In this document: piece after piece, positions 9,401 to 18,063 of the stretch | Layout of the letters: each line of letters begins with the position of its first letter | How positions within the stretch are numbered: the stretch's first letter is position 1 | From: Gammaproteobacteria bacterium | GTDB taxonomy: Bacteria; Pseudomonadota; Gammaproteobacteria; GCA-001735895 | Length of the DNA: 40,168 nucleotides | Direction: 5' to 3' | Assembly: GCA_050298595.1 (NCBI GenBank) | Contig: JBNKUM010000117.1 | Coordinates: 1-40,168, forward strand | The notes under the pieces: generated by a model | What the model was told of the DNA's origin: nothing | Seen by the model: only the letters and a program-made list of their open reading frames with translations | Databases searched by the model: none | Program-made: the position numbers and the translations under genes

Positions 9401-11628
9401 CCATTACTGTTCAATTGAAGGACTCCAATGGGAATAATCTTTCAGCTGGTGGAGATGAGGTTGTATTGACAACAAGCGCTGGTAGCCTCAGTGCTGTAAC
9501 TGATAATGGTGACGGATCTTATACCTCTACCTTAACCAGTAGTACCAGTGTGGCAACCGCAAGTATCACGGGTAGCGTTAATTCCGCTTCAATTACCGAT
9601 ACAGAAAGTGTCAGCTTTACTCCTGAACCTTCAGCAGATGAAGACGGAGATGGTATTTCAAACGGAGACGAAGGCTCGGGTGATTTCGATGCAGACGGCA
9701 TACTCGACCTGTTTGATCTGGATAGTGACAACGATGGTATTCCTGACAAGATAGAAGGCAGTGCTGACAGCGATGCAGATGGCATCCCCGATTATCTGGA
9801 TCTGGATTCAGATAACGACGGTCTGTACGATCTGGTAGAGTCCGGTGCCGATTATGCTGCGCTGGATACGTTACATGACGGAACCATTGATGTCAGCAAT
9901 GCGTTCGGTAGCAACGGCCTGGCCGATGCGGTAGAAACTACAGCTGACAGTGGCACGCTCAGTTATAACGGTGGCTCACCACTGGATAGCGATGCAGATG
10001 GTGTAGAAGACTACGTCGATCTGGACTCAGACAACGATGCGCTCACCGATGTGTACGAAGCCGGTGGTGTCGACCCCGATGGCGACGGCATAGTTGGAAG
10101 CGGTGCCCCCACCGTTGATGCCTATGGCGTGGCGACAACTGGAGCGGCCCTGACTCCAATCGATTACGATGGAGATGGCGAGAATGATCAGATCGATCTG
10201 GACAGCGACAACGACGGTATTTTGGATGTCATCGAATTCGCTGGAAAAGATCCGGATGGTGATGGTCAGATAGGTTCAGCACCCGCACAGGTCGATAGTA
10301 AAGGTCTGTTTAAGAATGGAAGTTTGCCAGCCATAGATACCGATGGTGATGGCGTACCAAACCAGCACGATCTGGATAGTGACAACGATGGTATCCCCGA
10401 TGTGACTGAAGCCGGTGGCAGCGACCCGGATGGTGATGGTACCGCAGGTAGCGGAACACCAACAGTCAATGAGCAGGGTATTGGCACTATGCTGAATCCA
10501 GGTAATATTGATGGCGATTCAATTCTTGATCCCTATGACCTCGATAGTGATGGCGACGGCAAATTTGACCTGGTCGAAGCAGGTGGTCCTGATACCAATA
10601 ATGATGGTCTGGTGGATGGTTTTACTGATACCAACGGCGATGGTTTTGATGATGCAATTGCAGCGCAGGCTTTACCCTTACCAGACAGTGACGCAGATGG
10701 TGTTCCTGACTACAGGGACAATGATGACAGCGACAATGATGGTGTGCCCGATAGCGTTGACGTAGATGACGATAACGATGGTATTCCTGACGCGCTAGAA
10801 GGTGATGGAAATATTGACACTGATGCAGATGGTGTTCCTGACAGTCAGGATCTGGATTCAGATAATGATGGGCTGTATGACCTGTATGAATCGGGTTTCC
10901 AGAATCCATCCGCAATCGATGCCGATAATGACGGTCGACTCGATAGCACTTTGAGTGTCGGTGTCAATGGGTTTGCAGACAACCTGGAAACCAGCGTTGA
11001 TAGTGGCTTGATCAACTACAATGGTGGCGCGCTGCTAGATACTGATGCTGATGGAGTGAAAGACTTCCGTGATCTGGACAGTGATAACGACAGTATTCCC
11101 GACGTGATTGAAAGTGGCGGTGTCGATGATGATGGGGATGGAGTACTCGGCAGTGGAACACCCATGGTCAATAGCGGTGGTCAGGCGTCAGGCGCTGGCT
11201 CCGGTCCATTGGATACGGATAACGATGGCATCCCCGATCAACAGGATCTGGATACCGATAACGATGGTATTCCTGACCTGCAGGAGGTCGGTGGCACTGA
11301 TAGCGACAACAACGGTGAAGTAGATACATTTGTGGACAGCAATGGTGATGGTTTCGACGATACCATTGCAACCTCTCCCAGGGTCTTACCCGACAGTGAT
11401 GGTGATGGCACACCCGATCTGCGTGATTCAGCCGTAGGTAATGGCGTAGTAATTGCCGGGCTGAGTGGTATTGGCAGTTTTAATCTGTGGATGCTGGCAG
11501 TGCTGGGCATGCTGGCAGGCTTATGTCGGGTACAACGACTATTTGCAGCTTACCTTTCACTATTGCTGTTGTTTGTTGGGTGGCCCATCAGGCCGAACAG
11601 ACACAACAGGATGAGTACCCACAGCTGA
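6460..11628 (+). CDS. Giant secreted adhesin-like protein (Gly-rich N-terminus, GEVED domain, Ig-like/DUF5011, two invasin-type Ig domains, many Ca-binding DxDxDG repeats, GlyGly-CTERM-like TM); probably 3'-truncated
   Basis: Signal peptide; DYGDAPDTYG and GEVEDY; VTFSENV; DNTAPTISLQG..DEGATALDNVDG; ADGSSTSTITVQLKD twice; DLDSDNDG repeats; hydrophobic C-terminus. Confidence 0.88.
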   Translation: MKLPHFFLIMLWGLALPAWAVDIAGTVNTYVKGSGDVAEGATTINYAGSLRGATTSINSGDQLLLIQSQGAVIDSTNTDAYGDGVGSGADISTIPTSLHGTPGYAGGVISQTAGTFEYATVASVAGSQITLSEGLRHAYSDTGEANWQIIVVPDYGSAGARLTANIIPESWDGDTGGVVAFNATGGTIDFNGFTVNAAGAGFRGGVDGDINKTTDNIANMAYTTGDADGFGGKGEGIAGTPRHVYDGSAVIDETVSTLAGGDYGRGAPGNAGGGAGPHNSGGGGGSNAGPGGSGAQGWVGGTALHYAGYGGQSIFAGANMGGGGGSGDANDGGVIYGGLGGGVIILRADTGIGSGTLNVSGADAPDTQLTSSSGSGDGAGGGGAGGTVIVYFSTSCSLSGLSIDASGGTGGDASPEHGGGGGGGAGLVVVKNATVGVVDVSGGLKGANVGVNGVSGEPGGAGIVDTGAGAFMRLNTDYGDAPDTYGTISGALGAYHYFADYDLNGVLGTMEQLRLGVNLDGEGGGIPGSNADSDDSNGLDDEDGVTGLAQVDQQGSTYTISASNISVTNTLGSDATLHAWIDFDQNGTFDSDEYSSISIASGLTEQNPASDLIWTAMPGIDTVSLGSTTYLRLRLSTDSSLDASSATGEAANGEVEDYAITVYDALPAPLNVTRSNPTSNFTNANQLVFAVTFSENVQNVDIADFSVSGAGATAASVSAVSGSGSSYMVTVDVADTDGQVNLHIAATTGIQDLSGNDLGTITPSGSVETYTLDNTAPTISLQGASLIDVTLGDSYSDEGATALDNVDGNLTSSIVTSGAVNTAAPGTYTISYNVSDAVGNAATQVTRTVTVTIGPAAASTSLITASPTAITADGSSTSTITVQLKDSNGNNLSAGGDAVVLTTSAGSLSAVTDNGNGSYTSTLTSSTSVATANITGSVNSASITDTESVSFTPAPSAAAASTSLITANPTAIKADGSSTSTITVQLKDSNGNNLSAGGDEVVLTTSAGSLSAVTDNGDGSYTSTLTSSTSVATASITGSVNSASITDTESVSFTPEPSADEDGDGISNGDEGSGDFDADGILDLFDLDSDNDGIPDKIEGSADSDADGIPDYLDLDSDNDGLYDLVESGADYAALDTLHDGTIDVSNAFGSNGLADAVETTADSGTLSYNGGSPLDSDADGVEDYVDLDSDNDALTDVYEAGGVDPDGDGIVGSGAPTVDAYGVATTGAALTPIDYDGDGENDQIDLDSDNDGILDVIEFAGKDPDGDGQIGSAPAQVDSKGLFKNGSLPAIDTDGDGVPNQHDLDSDNDGIPDVTEAGGSDPDGDGTAGSGTPTVNEQGIGTMLNPGNIDGDSILDPYDLDSDGDGKFDLVEAGGPDTNNDGLVDGFTDTNGDGFDDAIAAQALPLPDSDADGVPDYRDNDDSDNDGVPDSVDVDDDNDGIPDALEGDGNIDTDADGVPDSQDLDSDNDGLYDLYESGFQNPSAIDADNDGRLDSTLSVGVNGFADNLETSVDSGLINYNGGALLDTDADGVKDFRDLDSDNDSIPDVIESGGVDDDGDGVLGSGTPMVNSGGQASGAGSGPLDTDNDGIPDQQDLDTDNDGIPDLQEVGGTDSDNNGEVDTFVDSNGDGFDDTIATSPRVLPDSDGDGTPDLRDSAVGNGVVIAGLSGIGSFNLWMLAVLGMLAGLCRVQRLFAAYLSLLLLFVGWPIRPNRHNRMSTHS
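9025..9636 (+). repeat. 306-bp near-identical tandem duplication encoding two invasin-type Ig domains
   Basis: GCCGCAGCGAGTACCAGTTTAATAAC begins at both 9025 and 9331, with only scattered substitutions. Confidence 0.95.
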
Positions 11629-11640
11629 AGTGGTGTAGAT

Positions 11641-11740
11641 CAAGGCGTGACGACGCGGAATAGCGAGCTATTCCAGGGAGTTACAAGGCTACCGCGTCCT
11701 GCTCACGCCCCTTACCTATATCCCTATAGGCAACGCAGAG
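11641..11740. repeat. Palindromic intergenic repeat (GGAATAGC-GA-GCTATTCC core) with a nested 44-bp mini-element
   Basis: Hairpin visible. Segment 11687..11730 is flanked by CAA on both sides and resembles 20487..20521. Confidence 0.55.
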
Positions 11741-11915
11741 ATACGCCGCCTCAAACCTGCAATTCAGCTCGTAGCAGAATTCATCTCTTTGGTGAAAATA
11801 CAAACCGACTATGATCGTTTACGAAATAGAGGGTTACTCTCTAATACGAGCGATCAACTGTGGAATCCATGTTTAAGGGGCTCAATCATAGATTTTATTA
11901 ATTATATTAAAAAAT

Positions 11916-11948
11916 CAGACTAATTTGAGACTCAAGTCGAGTTATAAA
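11916..11948 (+). promoter_or_regulatory. Second copy of the CAGACT-N5-GAGACT / TATAAA promoter motif
   Basis: 11881..11948 aligns with 5131..5197. Confidence 0.55.
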
Positions 11949-12010
11949 CTCTGTATTAGCTTTTTAAGTGTTTACTGTGGCTTTCTTGACCAATACTTGG
12001 TCTCTACTTT

Positions 12011-12038
12011 GGCCGTGCATTTATGCACGGCCTTTTTT
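12011..12038 (+). terminator. Rho-independent terminator
   Basis: GGCCGTGCAT-TT-ATGCACGGCC followed by T6. Confidence 0.85.
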
Positions 12039-12094
12039 AAGTCTGATAAGAACCAGAATTGGTTGATAGTAAAATCAATCAGAAAAAAACTGCA

Positions 12095-12685
12095 CTATTT
12101 CAAAGCTAAAGCCAGCACCAGAAAAGAACTGGCAGCGAGCCAGGACCCCATTACTCTGATGATGACTTTTTTCCAGAGGGCTTTATTAAAAAAGTCAGCG
12201 AATGCCATCGGGTAAAGTAAAAAGAAGTAGATACCCACGCCACTGCCAAACAACGCAACAAATTTGGCTTCACCAGTCAGTGTTTCCTGGGTTGAATCCA
12301 CTCCCAGTAGCAAGCCACAAATAGCGCCAATAATGCAACACCAGAGTAAAACCAGATTGGGTGATAGCGCGATCAGCAAGCCCATCACTGCCGAGCAACT
12401 GAGCATGACCAGTTCAAGCGGAGCACCCGGTGAAAACCAGGCGCCCACCAGTCCCAGCAGCGTAGCAGCCAGAAACACCATAATCGCGATCTGTTTGTCC
12501 TTCATGCCCTGCTGGCCCAAAAAAAGACCGATAGCAATTAAAAGTAACAGATGCGAGGGCACGAGCAGCGGATGTAATACGCCATTGTAAAAATTGTTAA
12601 TGCCTTTGATCGGGGTATGCGCGAAGGCCGACCCTGGTGCGAGCATCAGCATTAGCCATAAAAATGAACGAAGCCTGTAGGTCAT
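12095..12685 (-). CDS. HupE/UreJ-family membrane protein (Ni/Co transporter-like)
   Basis: AFAH after a signal peptide, GVLHPLLVPSHLL motif, multiple TMs. The start at 12685 overlaps the upstream stop (ATGA). Confidence 0.85.
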   Translation of the reverse strand: MTYRLRSFLWLMLMLAPGSAFAHTPIKGINNFYNGVLHPLLVPSHLLLLIAIGLFLGQQGMKDKQIAIMVFLAATLLGLVGAWFSPGAPLELVMLSCSAVMGLLIALSPNLVLLWCCIIGAICGLLLGVDSTQETLTGEAKFVALFGSGVGIYFFLLYPMAFADFFNKALWKKVIIRVMGSWLAASSFLVLALALK

Positions 12686-13266
12686 ACCACTCCAGTCAGA
12701 AAGCCAACACCAAGCACTGCGATGACACCGCCACCAGCCTGAACCGCTATTTTTCCAAGCGGCCAACGTACCAGTAAACCGAAAGCTATACCTAGCAGAT
12801 GCAGCAGTCCTGTGGCTATCACAAACCCCAGGCTATAGGTAATCGGGTTCGCCGCACCTGGCAACTCGGTGCCATGAGCATGGCCATGAAAGATGGCGAA
12901 GGCGGCAACGATTACCGCAGCAATCCAGATCGGGGGACGAACTGCAAAAGCGACCATAAGCCCGAGCACAATAGAAGAAACAGCAATCCCGGTTTCAATC
13001 GATGGAACAGGAATACCCAATACACCCAACGCGCCACCAAAGGCCATCACCAGTGGGAAAACTACCGGCAGCACCCAGATCGCAGGCATCCCCAGAAAAG
13101 CACCCCATAAACCGACCGCTACCATAGCGATGACATGGTCCCAACCCAGAATCGGGTGGGTAAAACCACTGGTAAATCCACCAATCACACCACCCTGATG
13201 GGCCAGAGCAATTTCTGAAAACAGTGTAAAAGCCACGGTTATGGCAAAGGTGTTGAATAACTTCAT
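12682..13266 (-). CDS. hupE: HupE/UreJ-family nickel transporter / accessory protein
   Basis: GFTHPILGWDHVIAMVAVGLW, FHGHAHGTE and GFVIATGLLH motifs. Confidence 0.93.
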   Translation of the reverse strand: MKLFNTFAITVAFTLFSEIALAHQGGVIGGFTSGFTHPILGWDHVIAMVAVGLWGAFLGMPAIWVLPVVFPLVMAFGGALGVLGIPVPSIETGIAVSSIVLGLMVAFAVRPPIWIAAVIVAAFAIFHGHAHGTELPGAANPITYSLGFVIATGLLHLLGIAFGLLVRWPLGKIAVQAGGGVIAVLGVGFLTGVV

Positions 13267-13401
13267 TAATGCAGACTCCTTAAAATATTGAGTTTTGAGG
13301 CCTTCTTAAGCGCGTAATAATAACTGAGTTGGGTCAGGGATGTAATATGGTTTTCGGCGCAGCAGGGTCGCTGAGACAGGCTGTAGCCGAACTATCTGAA
13401 A

Positions 13402-15165
13402 TTAAAAACTGTAAGCCTTTTCTACCATGTTTCTGCTTAACACGCCGAAGATATGATGTTCACCCTTGCGCATACAGCGTTCCACAAAAAGCGCTTCATA
13501 AGTGCCGGATTGCAGCATCTCGTAAGCTTCCTGCAGGTTGGCCTGCAGATGAATACTGCCTACCTGCCAGCGTAGCGCGGGTATTTCCAGCAGGTCGATA
13601 GAGTCTGGGGCATCTTCTTTGGGTCGGGCTTCAATATACTTGGCTAACTCGACCGCAGGCATCAGTGTGACGGGGATATTGTCTTTATCAATGAGTATAA
13701 AGTTGGGCTTGTTCTGTAGAATTTCGAGCGCAAGATTATTAGAGACAACATTATCGACATGGATGAAATTCTGCTCCATTACGCTGCCAACCCCGACCCG
13801 GCGCAGGCTTTGCAAAATAGGGTTGGTGTTGTAATCCGCCCCGGAAGCTTTCAGCATGGAAAGAAACAGAGATTGCTTTCTAAACAATTCACTGGCTGTG
13901 ACTCCAGAGACCACCACCGCCAGCATACCAGGCAGAATCACAGAGGGGTTATCGGTCAGTTCCAGCATAGCAACTAGTGCAGCAAGTGGTGCCTGCAGGC
14001 TGGCCGACATCATGGCGCCCATGCCCAGTAGCGCAAAGAATCCGGCTTCGGTATTCAGATCAAATGGCAGCAGCAAAAATATTTTGGCGGTAGCCGCACC
14101 CAGCATAGCGCCGATGAACAGGGTTGGGCCAATCATGCCTCCGGGTACCCCTAATCCAACCACTATAGAAGTCGCTAAAAGTTTAGTGACGACAAGAAGC
14201 ATTAACAGGCCAATAGCCAGATGACCATTCAGGGCCAGCTCTACGGTGTCGTATCCAATCCCCATCAGTTGCGGAATAAACATAGCGCTGAGCCCCATTA
14301 AAACACCCGCCAGCAGCAGTCGCCACCAGATGGGTATGTTTTTACTACTGCGCGTGAAGTGTTGCAGTAAATGTATAAAAAGGGCTGAAACCGATCCCGC
14401 CACTACCCCCAGAATAATGACCAGCACCAGATCACTCAAAGAACCCATTTCCATCACCGGTACGGTAAATGCAGCAGCACTGCCCAGTACTACATTGGAA
14501 ACTGTAGTAGCGACAACTGCCGCCAGAATGACGGGAATAAAGCTGGCGACGGTGTATTCCATCAATACCACTTCTAGCGCAAAAATCACCCCGGCCAGGG
14601 GCGTATTGAACGACGCGGCAATACCCGCGGCGGTGCCACAGCCTACAAAGGTTCGAATGGTATTATTAGGCAGGGAAAAATATTGCCCCATCAGGCTTCC
14701 CGCAGCGGCACCCAGAAATACATGTGGGCCTTCGCGTCCAACCGATTGACCACTGATCAGGGCAATTGCCGCCCCCACAAACTGCAGTACAAATCCACGC
14801 AGGGTGAAGTGCCCCTGATGGTAGGTCATGCGTTCCATCACCCGAGGCACACCTAAAGCATGCAGCCCTTTGCCAGCAAAACGGAACAGCAGGGCAAGCA
14901 AGATTGCGCCAACGATAGGTAGTGCGAAGCTAGCCCATTCGGGCAAGGCTTCGTAGTTATCCGAGCCCTGACCGGGCAGGATAAAATCCTGACTGGTTTC
15001 CACCAGCATGCGAAACAGCACGATCACAGAGCCTGCCAGCAAACCGGTGAGCAGGCCGAGCAGGGACAGCGGCAACAAGGCATCAGGACGAGCCAGCTGA
15101 ATGCGCATGGCATCCAGACGGTCTATACGTTGGTAAGTTAAGTTACTGCCGAGTTTTTTTTTCAA
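13402..15165 (-). CDS. ClC-family chloride channel / H+:Cl- antiporter with degenerate CBS-like tail
   Basis: GREGP, GIAASFNTPLAG, GVPGGMIGPTLFIG and MGIGY motifs. Start codon uncertain. Confidence 0.92.
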   Translation of the reverse strand: MKKKLGSNLTYQRIDRLDAMRIQLARPDALLPLSLLGLLTGLLAGSVIVLFRMLVETSQDFILPGQGSDNYEALPEWASFALPIVGAILLALLFRFAGKGLHALGVPRVMERMTYHQGHFTLRGFVLQFVGAAIALISGQSVGREGPHVFLGAAAGSLMGQYFSLPNNTIRTFVGCGTAAGIAASFNTPLAGVIFALEVVLMEYTVASFIPVILAAVVATTVSNVVLGSAAAFTVPVMEMGSLSDLVLVIILGVVAGSVSALFIHLLQHFTRSSKNIPIWWRLLLAGVLMGLSAMFIPQLMGIGYDTVELALNGHLAIGLLMLLVVTKLLATSIVVGLGVPGGMIGPTLFIGAMLGAATAKIFLLLPFDLNTEAGFFALLGMGAMMSASLQAPLAALVAMLELTDNPSVILPGMLAVVVSGVTASELFRKQSLFLSMLKASGADYNTNPILQSLRRVGVGSVMEQNFIHVDNVVSNNLALEILQNKPNFILIDKDNIPVTLMPAVELAKYIEARPKEDAPDSIDLLEIPALRWQVGSIHLQANLQEAYEMLQSGTYEALFVERCMRKGEHHIFGVLSRNMVEKAYSF

Positions 15166-15300
15166 GATAAAGTCCTACTGCAATCTTTTAAGTGTATTAC
15201 TTATAGGCTGGAATTGGCAGATTTCGTATTTTTGTTTGAAATCCGAATAGTCACTCAGAGTGATTCTGCTATCATGCGCGCCTTATTATCAGGTAGCTCT

Positions 15301-16704
15301 ATGACCCAACTGCTGGACGAAACTCATCAACCGCAAGCCCACGAATCCGACACACTAAGCCAGCGCGTCAAATTCGAGTGGCTCACCCTTGCACGCCTGG
15401 GTACACCCATCCTGATTGCGCAGTTAGCCCAGATGGCAAACGGTGTGATCGATACCCTGATGGCCGGACGCGCCGGTGCTGATGACCTGACTGGGGTCGC
15501 TATTGGATATAGTCTATGGATGCCTATCTTTCTGTTTGTACTGGGCATACTCAACGCCCAGCAACCGATGATCTCAGGCTTTAACGGTGCCAGACAATAT
15601 GAGCGAGTCTTGCCGGTGGCCTGGCATGGTATTTACTTTGCCATATTGGCAGCTATCGCAGCGGCGACAGGTTTGAATCAGGTTGACCCCGTTTTACAGT
15701 TGTTAAAGATGGAGCCCAACCCCGCAGCGGTCACCAGTGGTTATCTATTTGCATTTTCCATGGGCATACCGGCCATCCTGTTGATCATTGCATTACGTGG
15801 GCTCACCGATGGGTTGGGGCATACGCGCATTATCATGGTGTTTACGCTCATCTCAACCGCCATCAATACGCCACTCAATTACATCCTCATCTTCGGTAAG
15901 CTGGGTATGCCAGCATTGGGTGGCGTTGGCTGCGGCTGGGCAACCGCCATAGCAAACTGGATCGCTCTGATTGCACTATGGATTTATATACATCGAGCAG
16001 CAGCCTTTAGGCATTATCATCTATGGTCGCAGCGCATGTGGCCGCAGCTGCAACAGTTTAAGGATCTACTCCGCCTCGGCATCCCTATCGGCTTTACCAT
16101 CTTTGTAGAAGCCACCATGTTTTCGGTGATCGCTCTACTGCTGGCACCACTGGGTTCTATTGTTGTCGCAGGGCATCAGATTGCGCTGAATATCGTCAGT
16201 GTTTTGTTTATGGTGCCGTTAAGTCTGGGCATGGCGCTCACCTTGCGCATCAGCTTTCTAATCGGCGCACAACAGCAAGATAGCGTTCGCCTGGTGGCAC
16301 GTAGTTCAATCGTGCTGGCACTGATCATAGCACTGAGTTTCGCAATATTTTTATTGTTCAATAGAGCGATGTTAGCAGGCTGGTATACCACCGATAATGC
16401 AGTGCTGGTGATGGCCATACAGCTATTGTTTTTTGGCGCGATATTTCAGATGGCCGATGTGATACAGGTAAGCTGCATCAGTGCATTACGTGGATTTAAG
16501 GATACCCGTATCCCGATGTTTATCATGCTGTTTTCATTCTGGGTAATCGGCATTCCACTTGGCTATAGCCTGACCTTTAACGACTGGATCACTGAACCGA
16601 TGGGTGCCGCAGGATTCTGGGTGGGACTCACCGCCGGGCTTGCGCATGCCGCCGCGTGGTTGATATTTCGCCTGATGTGGATCAGCCGAAAAGGAAACGG
16701 TTAA
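15301..16704 (+). CDS. norM: MATE-family efflux transporter (NorM-like)
   Basis: VIDTLMAGR, PALGGVGCGWAT, AGHQIALN, QMADVIQ and ALRGFKDT motifs. ATG at 15301 preferred as start. Confidence 0.9.
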   Translation: MTQLLDETHQPQAHESDTLSQRVKFEWLTLARLGTPILIAQLAQMANGVIDTLMAGRAGADDLTGVAIGYSLWMPIFLFVLGILNAQQPMISGFNGARQYERVLPVAWHGIYFAILAAIAAATGLNQVDPVLQLLKMEPNPAAVTSGYLFAFSMGIPAILLIIALRGLTDGLGHTRIIMVFTLISTAINTPLNYILIFGKLGMPALGGVGCGWATAIANWIALIALWIYIHRAAAFRHYHLWSQRMWPQLQQFKDLLRLGIPIGFTIFVEATMFSVIALLLAPLGSIVVAGHQIALNIVSVLFMVPLSLGMALTLRISFLIGAQQQDSVRLVARSSIVLALIIALSFAIFLLFNRAMLAGWYTTDNAVLVMAIQLLFFGAIFQMADVIQVSCISALRGFKDTRIPMFIMLFSFWVIGIPLGYSLTFNDWITEPMGAAGFWVGLTAGLAHAAAWLIFRLMWISRKGNG

Positions 16705-16706
16705 TT

Positions 16707-17600
16707 CTAAATACGGGCATTGTGTCCCGCTCTAAAACGGGTCAAAGCAATGCCAAGCAGGATAATGGCCAGTGCCAGCAGACTGCTCCAGCTTAAAGGT
16801 TCAGCAAGAATCCACACCCCTGACAGAAAAGCAACCACAGGAATCATGTAATTCATCGTCGAAACAAAAGTGGGGCCAGCACGTTCAATCACGGCAAACA
16901 GAATAATAGTCGCCACACCGGTCGGACCTATACCCAGCCAGATCACCGACCACAGAGATTCAGAACTGATCTTAGCCAGCATGATATGTTGCTGTGCTAA
17001 CCACAGTGGCAACAGACACAGGCTAGAGGCTAGTAACACGCCAGTTGCCGCGACCACAGGGCTGAACGCAGGCAGACGTCGAACCAGAATTGTATTCAAT
17101 GCATAGCTGCATGCAGCAATAAAAACGGCAAGGGCGCTTAGAATCTCACGTGACTCACCTTTAAACACAGGGCCGAGCAAAAGTGTGACCCCGCTTATAC
17201 CCAGCATAAAACCAAAAATCTTGAAACGGTTCAGCGATTCATTAGGAATAAAGTAATGCGCCAGGATCATTGTCGCCAATGGCATGATCGCCATAATCAT
17301 ACCCGCCAGACCCGAGTCCAGAGTTTGCTGACCCCAGGCGATGAGAAAAAAAGGCAGCAGGTAGCCGACAAATCCAAACAGGCTAAAGATAAGCCAGCTT
17401 TTTAGATCTAAGGGGAGCCGATTATTACGCGCATACAGATAGATGGTGAGGATGACTGCACCGATTACGATGCGGAAGAAAACCAGAGACAGAGGGTCAA
17501 CGGTTCTGACCGCGATAGCGGTGAACATGAATGAGGTGCCCCAGAGCAGCACGAGGCTCATCAGGAGGATCCAGTTGATTAGGGGGGTGTTTGATTTCAT
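16707..17600 (-). CDS. DMT/EamA-family transporter
   Basis: About ten TMs; LLWGTSF and WGQQTLDSGLAG motifs. Confidence 0.9.
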   Translation of the reverse strand: MKSNTPLINWILLMSLVLLWGTSFMFTAIAVRTVDPLSLVFFRIVIGAVILTIYLYARNNRLPLDLKSWLIFSLFGFVGYLLPFFLIAWGQQTLDSGLAGMIMAIMPLATMILAHYFIPNESLNRFKIFGFMLGISGVTLLLGPVFKGESREILSALAVFIAACSYALNTILVRRLPAFSPVVAATGVLLASSLCLLPLWLAQQHIMLAKISSESLWSVIWLGIGPTGVATIILFAVIERAGPTFVSTMNYMIPVVAFLSGVWILAEPLSWSSLLALAIILLGIALTRFRAGHNARI

Positions 17601-17753
17601 GGGGGGGATTTTAACTGGTGGATTGAGTTTTGGAAGGGTTTAATTGATAGCTAGGTTTTTGTTTCACACGCCTTAGTTGCACATGGAAGTGCTGTTTATG
17701 GAATCAAGGGATATAATCTATCCACTAAAGATACAAATGGAAAATATCGAAAT

Positions 17754-18047
17754 ATGGAATTCAAAAGCTACTATGTTTACATCCTCACCAATCAATCCAA
17801 TAGAGTGTTATATACGGGTGTCACCAACAACCTCGAAAGAAGAGTTTACGAGCATAAAAATAAGCTACTAGAAGGGTTCACCAGAAAATATAACTGCAAT
17901 AAATTAGTCTGGTATGAGACGACAGGTAGTATCGAGTCGGCTATTACGCGAGAAAAGCAGATCAAAGCAGGATCGCGTGCTAAAAAGATCCAGCTTGTTG
18001 AGATGATAAATCCGACCTGGAAAGACCTGTCGTTGGACTGGAATTAG
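17754..18047 (+). CDS. Stand-alone GIY-YIG nuclease (UPF0213-like)
   Basis: YYVYIL..LYTGVT..LERRVYEH..AITREKQIK, with the conserved Tyr, Arg and Glu present. Confidence 0.93.
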   Translation: MEFKSYYVYILTNQSNRVLYTGVTNNLERRVYEHKNKLLEGFTRKYNCNKLVWYETTGSIESAITREKQIKAGSRAKKIQLVEMINPTWKDLSLDWN

Positions 18048-18063
18048 GTGGCTATCTAAAAAC

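Noticed and set aside
6877-11510. Many short antisense or alternate-frame ORFs within the adhesin (likewise in the ClC, thiolase, hsdR and mcrC genes)
   Set aside because: Shadow ORFs of long coding regions with no recognisable motifs.
12686-12766. N-terminal extension of the second HupE/UreJ ORF
   Set aside because: It overlaps the upstream gene; the ATG at 12685 gives a normal signal peptide and ATGA coupling.
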